Below are positions 11,401 through 24,045 of a stretch of DNA of 64,000 nucleotides, piece by piece. Position 1 is the first letter of the stretch. The number at the start of each line of letters is the position of its first letter. Position numbers and translations under genes: made by a program. Origin of the DNA: Balanoglossus misakiensis (taxonomy: Eukaryota; Animalia; Hemichordata); NCBI GenBank assembly GCA_040954595.2, contig CM082593.2, positions 4,233,434 to 4,297,433 on the forward strand, given 5' to 3'. A model generated the notes under the pieces. That model was given only the letters and a program-made list of their open reading frames with translations, did not search any database and was not told the DNA's origin.

Positions 11401-14400
11401 TTATAACGTGTTTTCATCATGATGGTTACATTTGTTTAGATATCTGTGAAACCTTTTCATGCCAGCAACGATTTTTCTCTGTGATAAACTGAAACAAACC
11501 GATAAAATGACGAGTCCAAAGACGACATATAACATCAATCCAATTATTTGGAGTTTCTCTTCACTGCTGGAGAAGTCTACGTCAAAATCAACGTCGCCAA
11601 ACCCGATCGTTGTCATGGTGATGACACAGAAATAGAAAGAATCAAAGTAGGACCAGCCTCGATTGTTTTCGAATGAAAGACTGCCCAGGCAGAGGTAGAT
11701 GGTGACAATTAAGACGATAAGAGTGAGTGGGACTTCGGTGTCTTCATGTGTTGGGTCACAGTTGTCGTCAGGGCTGGTCTGGGTGCCAACGTGAAACATT
11801 TCTGTAGTGGCTCTGCTTGGGTCTATGGTTGTCGATTGAAGGTATGATGTGGATTTTATATCTCGCCATTCTTTCGTCGCCGCGCATGTCGAGCAACTCG
11901 TTACGAAGGGAAGCGATTGCGAACGGGGTTTCTTTGATATCGGAATATGTCCCCTCGTTTCTCCACGAACTTCGGTAAAGGGACAGTCGTTCATGGTAAC
12001 GGCTGCTTCGGTAGTGTGATCGCTGCCCAACGACGAAGCCCGTCCCGTTGCGAAGTCGCCATCCTCGACGTCACCTCTTTTAAGCATGTCATAGTTCTTG
12101 CTGGATGTCGGCTTGAAGTTTGTCTTCTTTTCAAAATCGGAAGAGTACTTTACGTTCAATGTGCCTCCTTCTGCGACTGCTTCGGTTCCTGTGAGTGTGG
12201 ACATGCGCATGTGTCGTTCGTCTAACAAATTTGGATCTAAAGCTTCCATAGTCTGCTCACCCACACCAGCCATTTCCTCTGGATGGGTTTCCTCACTTTC
12301 TCTAATTGGCAGCATTTCTGTTTCCATGTGAACGACCACGGGCCATCGGTCATGCGTGCTGTCACCGCGTCGTCGCGAATCATTCCCAAGGTTGAAACTG
12401 TTTGCAAGTTCTGCGTCGGTCGTGGCGACCTTGTTGGCACTCGCCCGTCGTACTCTCTGGATAGATTTCTTCGACGCAAACTTTAAACACCGCACGACGA
12501 TGATTCGTGCCGGGATAGCGATGGCGTTCCCGGCAGACGAGAGGAAAAGTAACGTGAGCGGTATTCCGATCAAGGCGTAAAGCATGCAAAGCGCCCTCCC
12601 TGCTTTAGTGACCGGCGCGAGATATCCATCACCTGGTTAAGAAGAAAAAAAAAAAAAAAAAAACAGAAAATAAATTAAACACGAGAAATATGATTGATAT
12701 AATATCTTCGTAGCACACTCGTTTGACCAAATGGAGCATATAACCTTGCAGGCGAGTGCATGATGTGTAGTATGTGTTTGATGGCAATTTGCCTACAGCA
12801 ACTGCATGAGTAAGTTTGTAAAGTTCATGGCAAATGTTTACGATGTTTTCATGTGGATCCTATTTATATCATGTCGTGGCGTCAGTTACTACGAATTTGC
12901 TGGTCTTAAGGCCAAGGACAATGTCATGTCTCGTCTTCATGTAGAATTTTGAGAAAACAGTTTGTCATTTTCTTGGAATGGTCACAAATGGTGCCAAAAA
13001 AGAAAACATGTCACCATGCTTGATTTTGATATTGCTGTTCAGATATTTTCACCATAGAAAAGCTATAGCATTTTGCGCGTGCGATTAAAGTGCTGACTCG
13101 GCATTTTCCACTATATTTAGACTTCCTAGCTGAGAAAGCAACATGATAGAACACCCTGTCGTTCATATATAATATATAAAAATCAGGAAAATGACAAAAT
13201 TAAAAGAGTATAGTCCACTAACTCAACCATGCAGTATTTAAATGTTGGCCTTTATTTATATGTAAACATCTGCTTTCTGATATTATAAAAATAATATCGA
13301 CATGAATGTTGATGGTACTTGTTTTTTACACAATTCTACGTCACACAAAAAACGCAAATAGCTCAGCATAACCAGAGTCAAATATACGCTGGTTTTAAAC
13401 CCTTTCAACGCGACGCAATAGTCAACTCGTCGTCATTTTAGCAAAATAAACAATAACTGTTACTTTATTTTCCTAAAATTTTGATCAGGACCTGTAAATA
13501 AATTTAAAGGAAAATTATGTCCACTTTGCCTAGAATGATGGGAAAGAATTGGCAAAACCATGTGAAAATGGTAAAAATGTCGCACTTTTTGACAGCGAAA
13601 CATGTTTCTGCGTTTCGTACTTATGATGGCATGAGTTGAAATTTGCGCTATATCAAGTCAATTTTATTTTTAGAACAATTTTGTCCGACCATATTTTAGA
13701 TTTCTCTAAAGATATTCTCGTGTTACGTGTACATGTAACAGAAAAAAAACTATGCATGCGGGTTCCGTCGCGGTTAAGTAAATTTGCATTTAAAATATAA
13801 TTAGGTCCAGCCTTACCACCATTTCTCAGTTAGTGCACACTATATTGCGACACCAATTTCAGCATATTCCGAAATTTGAATGTCGATATTTTACCATGTG
13901 CCTATCCGTTTGTTTCAATGAAATTGACAGATGGCTTTCAATTTAATGGTTCTATTCTAACCCTGCTAGAATTGTTTGTGTCAAAATTGAATAACGAGTT
14001 TGTCACGTTTGAACTCTTGAAATTATAGCTATAGGCGCATCTAATTACGAAATGAGCAATTGCGCATATATCATTGAATACGGTATGCTAAAAATGTGTT
14101 ATTCGGAAAAGTATTATTGAAATATCTACTTGCCGATAGTTGTCACCACCGAAACACAGAATAAAGAAGATGACGTCCATGTCCAAAGATCTGGACCTGT
14201 TGGGCCCTTGGCATCTTGACGTAAAATGTCACGAAATTCATCCACTGCTCGTCTGGCAAGCACCGTGAAATTATCTCCAGTCGGTTCGCACAACTCGCCG
14301 ATCCTTTCGGTGAAATTCTGTATAATAGCGTCGATGTTACTGTGGATGTAGTTGGGTTCCCCCCGGACGCCTTCGAGTTCTTGAAAAGCGGCAGTGCCCA

Positions 14401-14503
14401 CCACAAGATAGACCGCCAAACAGACACCGATGATGGAACACGTACGGATGTTACTTACATTTTCCGAGCTCAGTTTACACCTGCGAGGCGACGAACAAAC
14501 CAT
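11401..14503 (-). CDS. Two-pore-domain (K2P) potassium channel, TRESK/KCNK18/TWK-18-like, paralog A (about 533 aa; atypical P1 filter TTIGDG)
   Basis: Exon 1 14503-14134 (M1, cap with Cys, W..SSLFCVSVVTTIG) and exon 2 12632-11401 (DGYLAPVTKAGRALCMLYALIGIPL, long M2-M3 loop, M3, WSYFDSFYFCVITMTTIGFGD, M4). The intron is GC-AG, phase 1, at the same position as the GT-AG intron of paralog B. Confidence 0.92.
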
Positions 14504-16651
14504 GTTTCACGCCTTTGCGCCAATAATGGGAACCTGTTAGTGGCAGTCCAACGTTAATGCAGTGAATGTGCATAACACAGGTGTCTATGCGTGCATATAG
14601 GCTTATAGCAGCACTAGAATTTGACATCGTCACCAGGTTAATTAGCATGCATGGGTCATCAGTTGTCAATGACGTAGAACAAATACGGCGGTTTTCCTTG
14701 AACACCAATAACCAATTACGTAAACATATTAAAAAGTGTTGTTGTTTATTGGTAGTTTCACGATTTTATTGGTATTTTTAATTTTTTTATTGTTTTTGTT
14801 TTGTTTTGTTTTTATATTTTTTTATTTAAAAATGTGTTGTTATTTTGCGGCAATTTTGAAAAATAGACACAACATAGGTAATTATGGGTAAAACCGATAT
14901 GCGTTTGTACAGGTAATATATAATTCATGAAAGAAAGAAGTTAATATTATAATATTATAATACAATAACAACTGAACGCAGACCTACGAAAATGCCATTT
15001 TAATATCTAGTTTGCATTGTAGGATTTGAATTGCCGGTGTACCTCAAAGCTTAATCATTTGAATTTTACAATATTTTTATCGCAATGTACCCTCATTTAT
15101 AGCTCCATCCGTACGTGCAAGGCGGTACCATTTTTGTCATTTTCTGTTTGTTCCGCGTCTTTTTATCATTAATGGTAGATAGGCGGATGGGCCTCATATA
15201 GATAACGATGGATTCGCCTATCATACTACAGGTGACAATGGTGGTGATAGATATACATGTCCGTGGCTCTAATATGCAGACCAGCATATTACTGAAACCT
15301 TTTACACGTACATGTATTTTCAAGGTCGAATATTCACGACCTACGCCTAAGTATATCTGTCCTGACATGAACATTTGTAGGGTGCGTGTGTGGTGAGTTC
15401 AAGCACAGGGACCTCGATCTTCCTCCTTGTATACTGAAGTGTAATATGTACATTTTTGCCAATTAAATGTCAAACATCACTATCTGTTCCTTGCATGGTC
15501 AATAAACATACAATTTGTTACTGCAAAATACGTATACTCCCGAAGACCTGATATCTATACAAAATTTAGCAAAAACTACAAGAAGGCGTGAGTGACAATA
15601 TTTTGGCCGATTTTTAAAAAATGGTACTTAAGTACTGAAAAGGATGTGAGTGCCAATCATACTGAGTTGACTTGACATGTACTACTTCCTGGGACGTATT
15701 TGATGGCGAAATCACGTGACGTCCACAGGAGCTCTATCTTTGAAGTCTCCCAGAAAACACCGAATACATCCACCCAGATCCCGGTCCCAGTTCCTGTCAA
15801 CAAAGCCCACGCTGCCATGCACCCTTGACCAACCCGATGTAATTATTGTCGATAATGAATTTCTTGTCCTGCCTTGAATTCTATTTGGAAAATAACATTA
15901 TTACTATACATAGGTATAGTGTTGATGAGGAAACCGCATTGCACAAAACTGAAATAGTGAAAATCAGCCAAAAGTTACAACTAATGGAGCTTTAACACCT
16001 AAACCAATTCCCTAAAAAAATTATTGTACATGAACGACAGCCCGGCGATGAGGGTGTGTCAAAAAGTAAAATTACATGTACCCTTAACATGGTGTGTTCT
16101 TGTACTTAAAATGTCAAAACAATAAGAGCGTGACCTTGAATTTCCAATGAAGCAATAAAAGTATTAATAGCGATAAAAGTGAAATCGGTCAGGCTTTTAT
16201 CTCTGATGCGTTTATTGAACTCGCTTGCCGAAAACTCATTTCTTCGTCCCTACCATTTTCCAAGCTCTACGAGACCCTGCGAGATCTCCCGTGGCGAAGC
16301 GGTTTGTATGGGAGGACATTCGCATGTGACACAGGACGAAGAACACATGTCCCATAGCGTAAAGCAGCACAAAAGTCATTCCTATAAAGCTCTACACCTT
16401 TAGTTTATTAGAAAGTTTGACTTGTACTACTTAGCAAAGTTCCTCTGTGATAGAGGGACGGTGTACTTGGTAAGCTGCCCATTGCATTAACCAAGTCTCG
16501 CCAGATCTCACAATCAGCCTCAAATCGTGTATGGATCTTTAATTGCTACGCGTACGTTGGTCATCATTTTGATGTACATGTACTCGAGCCAGTTAAATGT
16601 ACAGTGGCCTGTCATAATACCGTGCAGAATTCATACAATTCAACATTCATG

Positions 16652-19639
16652 TCATGTTTTCGTTTTGCGTCTGCAACAGCATTTGGACACATAGTGTCTG
16701 ATGGTCCGGCCCGCCTCGACGATTTTTTTCTGCGACAGATTAAAACAAACAGACAAAAGCACCAGTCCAATGACTATGAAAACTATGATAAAGACGGCGG
16801 TGAGTGATCGAGATTCGGACGAGAAGTCCATGTTCACCTCCATGTCTCCAAAGCCGATCGTGGTTATGGTTATCATACAAAAGTACAACGCGTCGCCGTA
16901 GGACCAGGTTTCGTTCTGGAAGATAGAAGCGCCCCCGAGGACGTAGAGCGAGATAACAATCCCCAGAACGATCAGATTCACGTCGGTTTCCTTCTTCTCT
17001 TGTTGTGTTACCTGTTTCTTCATTTTGCAGGTCTGCACCCCGATGCTTCTTCTCTCTTCTATGTAGATCTGGTAGGCCGTCGAGGATTTGGTCAGACTTC
17101 TGCTCGTCTTCGAAACATTTTCATCGTCGTTCTGATGTTGACAAATCGCAAACATCACATGCGGCAGAGAGACACTGTCTTCTACCGACGGGGTCTGGTC
17201 TTGGGGTAGCAATGTGAGTTGTCTTGTCAAGCCAAGACGACGATCTATTGCATGGACATTGTTGGGTGTAGATGGCGCTGTCCGGTTCAGACTGTTGCCT
17301 GGTCGGTTGGTTGCCATGGTTGCTGGCTGGGACTGAGAAAGGCTGTCATCCTCAATTCCTATTTCACTGTCAGAAACAGTTAACGAGTTCTCCAAGAAGT
17401 TATCAGAACTTTCGGTGTTTCTGAATGATAGATCATTGGACAGTTGAATTTTCCAGTTCTTTTCCGATTGCTTACATTTCAATATATGCATTTTGTCCTC
17501 TGTTGGTACAATATCAATTTGGTCGTCGTCACCTTCGACAATGGCGCCCTCCGTGCCAGCTCCGCCATCGCCAGCACGTACACTACGACAGTTCTCCTCT
17601 AATACAACGACTTCCGTTTCAGTTGCCATAGAAACAACGACCGAGGCCTGATCGTCACTGTTGCCACCTTCAGACTTCCGATCCTGACCAGTCCCTACTC
17701 TGTCAATATCGGTTTCCATGAGAACCCAGTTGGTGTATTGGTGTTGGATTCGGTCGGAGTTCTCGTTTTTGTTGTGACTTCTTTCGCAGTCGCCACTGCC
17801 GATCCCCTCGGGGAGTTGTTTTCTGGTCTTTGAAAACCGTTTCAGGCAAAATCCGACTGCGGCTCGAAAAGGAATGGCGAAGACGTCGCCAGCGTAGGAC
17901 AGAAACAGCAAATTCAGGGGTATACCAAGCACAGCATAAAGTATGCAGACAGCTTTTCCAGTCGGTGTAACCGGAGCCAAATAGCCATAACCTGTCAACA
18001 ACAAAGAAAAAAACCGATGGTGATGATGATGAAGGACTTGTCATCAGTGTGGCGTGTTTTAATTATAAATCTGGTTATAATTAAAAGACGAAAAATAACA
18101 TTTCGAAAAGGTCTAACGAGTTCTATATTCTCAAACTGAATGAATTCTACCGATGTGGTAGCAAGGAGATACCTCGGTGAATATAAAACACGACCTTGGC
18201 ATAATTTGAAACCAAAATCATGGATGTGATACGAATATCAATACATGGCATCAAAAAAAGTTCGATGCTTCAATTTTCCCTGCGAATATTACATTAATGC
18301 GCATTTTTGGGTGTCCGTTTACTGCAACTGAATTGAAAATGTACACACGATTTCTGCGGGTCAGTCCCCGGAACGCCGCGAAAACAAAAAAGTATTAATT
18401 TTGGAGGTCGTTGGTTCTAATTAACGCGCTTACTCCTGCATTATGGACCCGTATCAATCTAATTTATAATTTGACGTCATGGATTATACTTGCATCGCGG
18501 TAAAATAAAGTTACCTGGACTCGAGGGTCCACAAGCTGTTTGGTTCTTCCCATGATGCCACACCCCGTCTTAAATACATGTATGGCCTTTTGGAATTGAA
18601 AAGCTCAAATCGCGAGATGTTTAAAGGTCGACTACAATCACTTATAATAAACAAAATATGCCCGATTCTTCTAAACAAATACATTCGTAAGCGCTCTTTT
18701 TTCTCGTCTTTACCACTGAAAATCTGCAAAGATATCTATGTTTATTGCATGCAAATACGACGCGTGTAACAATGCAATTTGGATTTCTGTTATGTCATAA
18801 TAAAATAATTTTATTATGGCACCAATCGATGCATGGAATGGGAATCCTTGTACTCCAATCGACCAGAATTGATCCATGCGACTTCAGCAATATAAAAAAA
18901 GCTAGATCATGGCTATTGGCAGCTTTTGATTAAGGAATTCACTATGCTACGCGTCATACACTTTACTGTACCGTATTTCTATGCTGCATTACATATTTTG
19001 TTGATAAATTACACTAAACTTATCTGTAATAACCGACCCCAACAATAATAATATCGGAGGTGTTTATGAACACTTTTATTATTATTTCCTATTCATGAAA
19101 TGAGTGTATGAAAAGACATTGGCGTATAAATAGAATGGGGGAAAGCTGGTTTTGAAATATCGGTTTGTCTGTGGTATTGCATAATATGTTTAGCTCCAGT
19201 TAAAGAGTTAGAGCTAGGTTTTACATAGATGTTGAGTTCTTCACATCACCTTACCTATTGTTGTGATCACGGACACACAAAACAAACTAGACGTTTGCCA
19301 TTTCCACAGGTCCGGTCCGGTAGGCCCTTTGTCAGCCTCGTGGAAGACGTCATATATGTCTGCCAGTAAGTGCTTTGCATAAACGCTGAAATTCTCTGGC
19401 CTTCGACCGCATTCCTCGTCAAGACGCCACGTGAAGTTCTGGATAATGGTCTCCAGGTTGTTGTAGTACGTGTTCTCTCTGCCAAGTCTTCCTTCGAGTT
19501 CGATGAAAATTGCAGAACCCACCATGATGTACGCCGATATAGCGAATAGAAGGATAACGCACGTGCAAAGCTTGTTGAAGGATTCTGGGTCGCGTTGAGA
19601 AGACCCAGCGCTTTCAATCTCAACATCTTCACCTTCCAT
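16652..19639 (-). CDS. Two-pore-domain (K2P) potassium channel, TRESK/KCNK18/TWK-18-like, paralog B (about 574 aa)
   Basis: Exon 1 19639-19255 (..KGPTGPDLWKWQTSSLFCVSVITTIG|GTAAGG) and exon 2 17991-16652 (YGYLAPVTPTGKAVCILYAVLGIPL .. WSYGDALYFCMITITTIGFGD). 4TM/2P topology with canonical GYG and GFG filters. Confidence 0.93.
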
Positions 19640-20821
19640 AGTTCCAGCTCAGACGATCTTCATGTGATATCGATACAAACTGACACAAATTTGAACAGCA
19701 GATCGATCAACACAAGCGCGACGTACGGTGTCAACTGACGCGTTAATTTAATGACAATATCCAATTAGGCGCATGTTGTATATTAAAAATGCACAGAATG
19801 TTGACGATGAAAATTATTCATATTCACATTTAAAGCGGGTCGGGCAAATGCCCATTGTAAACAGTGCGACTGTTTTCATTAGTGTTCATGATGCAATGTG
19901 TAATAAACCAAACAAGAGGTTAGATGCTGAAAGTTGACGGTGCTAGGCTATAGCATTGTTTTGGTTGACGCTTTAAACAGACATTTGAAGAACGTTCGGT
20001 TGATTAATGCATTGTGGGTGATAATAATACACAGTTTCAAATAAAGAGAGCAAGCCCATAATCTTCGTAAAGCAGTTTTGCATATTTTGATCACATGACT
20101 AAGGATTTGCCTTTCAAAATGTTTACGTGTTCTATAAAAAAAATGCTGCGAGATCCCGATTTCAATATATATGTGATAGGAAATGATCGCAATGTGTCCG
20201 AAAGTTATGTTTTTGCGGAAAGTTACGTTTTTATGATGCAAAATATATTTCGAGTAAATACAGTATACTCTGATCAAAAGACGATTAAACCAAAATACAC
20301 AGACGTGCTTTCCAAAAGGATTGTACGACTAAGTGCAAGTAAGCTTATCGACCGGAATATTGAAGCGTTTCATCACATAAAGCGCTAAAAATCGATATTC
20401 ATGCAGAGTTAAAATATTATTTCCAGTCACATGACTGTCATGGAAACAAAGGCGGTGCAGTGTGTTAATTTCTAGATTTGCGGACTGGGGATGTACGGCC
20501 AAAGTGCCTAACTGCATGAAGGGCGCGAATAAAAAAATATCCAGAGAGATGTGAACAAACTTTCTTTATGCGCGTATGATGGTATCATCTACGCTTCGGA
20601 TAGGCCTAACAACGGCATTCTGTAAATAATGTTTTTTTGAGAAGCGGATTTGTTTTTGTTGTTTTACTTTTCAGGGGACAACATGCATTTTTCTACATTT
20701 GAGATCATTTAAATATGTTGGTAAAACTGCACTCCATTGAGTAAAAAGGCGAAAAAAGAAAGCATCATTATCACACTTACTACTTTTCTTGAGGGTTCAT
20801 CGTGGTTCGTTGCACTCAAGT

Positions 20822-21861
20822 GTTTAAGGGAATGGGTGAGTAGCACAGTTTTTAAGGAAACGGGTGAGTAGCACAGTTTTTAAGGAAACGGGTGAGTGGC
20901 ACAGTTTTTAAGGAAACGGGTGAGTAGCACAGTTTTTAAGGAAACGGGTGAGTAGCACAGTTTTTAAGGAAACGGGTGAGTAGCACAGTTTTTAAGGAAA
21001 CGGGTGAGTAGCACAGTTTTTAAGGAAACGGGTGAGTAGCACAGTTTTTAAGGAAACGGGTGAGTAGCACAGTTTTTAAGGAAACGGGTGAGTGGCACAG
21101 TTTTTAAGGGAATGGGTGAGTAGCACAGTTTTTAAGGGAATGGGTGAGTACCACAGTTTTTAAGGAAACGGGTGAGTAGCACAGTTTTTAAGGAAACGGG
21201 TGAGTGGCACAGTTTTTAAGGAAACGGGTGAGTGGCACAGTTTTTAAGGAAACGGGTGAGTGGCACAGTTTTTAAGGGGAACGGGTGAGTAGCACAGTTT
21301 TTAAGGGAATGGGTGAGTAGCACAGTTTTTAAGGAAACGGGTGAGTAGCACAGTTTTTAAGGAAACGGGTGAGTAGCACAGTTTTTAAGGAAACGGGTGA
21401 GTAGCACAGTTTTTAAGGAAACGGGTGAGTGGCACAGTTTTTAAGGAAACGGGTGAGTGGCACAGTTTTTAAGGAAACGGGTGAGTGGCACAGTTTTTAA
21501 GGGAATGGGTGAGTGGCACAGTTTTTAAGGAAACGGGTGAGTAGCACAGTTTTTAAGGAAACGGGTGAGTGGCACAGTTTTTAAGGGAATGGGTGAGTGG
21601 CACAGTTTTTAAGGAAACGGGTGAGTAGCACAGTTTTTAAGGAAACGGGTGAGTAGCACAGTTTTTAAGGAAACGGGTGAGTGGCACAGTTTTTAAGGAA
21701 ACGGGTGAGTGGCACAGTTTTTAAGGGGAACGGGTGAGTAGCACAGTTTTTAAGGGAATGGGTGAGTAGCACAGTTTTTAAGGAAACGGGTGAGTAGCAC
21801 AGTTTTTAAGGAAACGGGTGAGTAGCACAGTTTTTAAGGGAATGGGTGAGTAGCACAGTTT
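20822..21861. repeat. Minisatellite, about 37 tandem copies of a 28-bp unit GGGTGAGT(A/G)GCACAGTTTTTAAGG(AAAC/GAAT)
   Basis: First GGGTGAG at 20834, last at 21844 (1010 bp = 36 x 28 + 2). Units are contiguous with no spacers. Two 29-bp variants (AAGGGGAAC) at 21276 and 21725. Confidence 0.97.
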
Positions 21862-22030
21862 GGTTGGGTGACAAGACTATGAGTCACTCTGCCTGATTCC
21901 TACTATAATTTGAAACGAATGTGAATCCGAATTGTGCATCCTTCAAAGAGCTTGCTCATGCGCATTGCCACTTTTCATCCATCCGGTACGTAACGCGTAA
22001 CGCAATCGACAACGTGAACGGACCGACACC

Positions 22031-24045
22031 ATGGACAACCAGTCGTACGGCTCCGGTGGTGGATTATTTGGCAGCTATTCCTCAGGAGATCCCACTTTAA
22101 ATGTTCCAGGTATGTATTTGTGTGTATACAGTGGGATAATAATTAAGCGAAGGGCTAAAATAGGACTGCGATCGCTGATGATCGTCGTGTGTTAAATGCC
22201 GGGTGAGACACCATCACTGATCAGCACACGTGCGAAAATCGTGCTCGTACATGGTGGATTGAGTTGACCCTAGTGTCGTCATGCACGATCGGAAGGTACC
22301 TGAGCTGTAAAAGACGATAGCCGACACTTCTCTATATATCTACAGATGTATATTCATTAAAACACCACGTCGGGGTGTTCGTGTGCCATTGCGTCGATGG
22401 CTTATGCAAACGAACTGAGGGCTACATCATGTCGAGGTCATAGTTTCAGTTTAGAGGTCACTGTGACCCGTTCGGCGTGTGGACGTGTGTCATTATCAGA
22501 ATCACAGTTTTCATTCACATATATCGAACTGTTCTTGTTTTCTTTCAGTGACAGCTGGAAGCAGCACATTTTCTCCATACCTTAATATTGATCCCAGATT
22601 TATCAATCAGGTATGTGTGTTAACAAATGTGTGGTTATAGGCAGTTGTTTTAATGTTAAGAAAGTCTGCAAGAAAATCTGTGTTTTCAATAGATGTATGA
22701 AGGCACAAAACAACAAATTGCTGTATTTGCATGTACTTTTATACATTAAATTAACAGAAGTGAACTCGAACTATGTCTTGCAGGGTGCAGAGTTTATAAC
22801 TCCAGAAGGACAAAAACAGAAAAGAGGCAGATTTGAATTAGCGTTTTGTCACATTGGCGGTTCAGTAATGCTAGGTAAGTCACTTGTTGTGTACCATTGT
22901 CAACTCAGCCAAATTATAGTATTACTGGCAAGACTCTTGATCAGCCTTTGAATTAGCCAGATCATGATTTCACAGAAATCACACTGAACACACCCCCTCC
23001 CTCCAATACAGGTGCTCTTTATGGAAGTTTAAATGGTGTACGAGTTGGACTCAGGTCAACATCAGATCTGACGGGCAAAGTCAGGATGTCACAGTAAGTA
23101 CTTTCCAGCAGTTTTTTTCCCAGCTGCAGAAAATATTACAGAAATGTAACTAACAAAAAAGAAAAGATTTATTTGTTGACTCATAATGGCAAAGGAGCAT
23201 TAAAGGTAGATTTTCTCTTGTTGTTGTACATGTATAAGACTATAGTAAGCTAACTTTGTTAGCAAAAGTTAACATCATATCTATTGTATTTGTATGGAAA
23301 TGTGTGTATATACCCAAAATGTCCCAGTAACAAACTATTTTTTTTCCGTTGATTACAGAATGATAAATGTTATTACAAAACAAGGTGCATCATCAGCAAA
23401 TGCAGTCGGCGTAATTGGTGAGTATCTTTGATGAGAGTATTGTGATGAAACTTTTTTACAGCACACTCACTCTTACCAAGTGGAAAAGTTTCCACATGAG
23501 TAGATAAAAAATTGTTATTCTGAGAGACTTTATTATCTCTTGTTTCCAGCATTGATGTACAGTATATTTGGTTTCACGTTGGAAAAAATACGAGACAGAG
23601 AAGATGAAGGTAACACAATAGCAGCGGCGACGATGACGGGTATGCTGTATGGCTCAGCAGGTAAGGACATCGAATTCTCCCTAACTTAAATAGGAAGTCA
23701 TGAAATTCAGTCAACTTTTCATTTCCTCTATCTCTTAGTATAGTGACTTGTCGACCTTTTACCCAGAATGCAATGTGATTTGACCCCCCAGCATTGTTTC
23801 ACAGACCACTTTGTTGCCTCAGTGCAAATAGGTTGTATCTGATGCAAATAATATATGGGCAAGTTCCCATAGTGAGAAATCACTATGTGAATGCATGTTG
23901 GTAACGTGTCTCCTCTTATTAAATTTCAGGCGGTCTCCAAAGAGTTGCCAAAGGAGGAGCTCTCGGCCTCATCCTCTCCAGCGCGTGGTGTCTTTACTCG
24001 CATCGAGACAAAACCCGTGGAATCTTTGGAGGGAATACCATGTGA
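22031..24045 (+). CDS. TIMM23: Mitochondrial import inner membrane translocase subunit Tim23 (199 aa)
   Basis: Seven phase-consistent exons: 22031-22109, 22549-22610, 22784-22874, 23012-23093, 23359-23417, 23550-23660, 23930-24045 (600 nt). Motifs SPYLNIDPR, RGRFELAFCHIGGSVMLG, NVITKQGASSANAVGVIALMYS and NTIAAATMTGMLY match Tim23. AATAAA near 24809. Confidence 0.95.

Noticed and set aside
20822-21861. CRISPR array interpretation of the 28-bp repeats
   Set aside because: The units are contiguous with no unique spacers, no cas genes are present, and the context is eukaryotic. It is a minisatellite.
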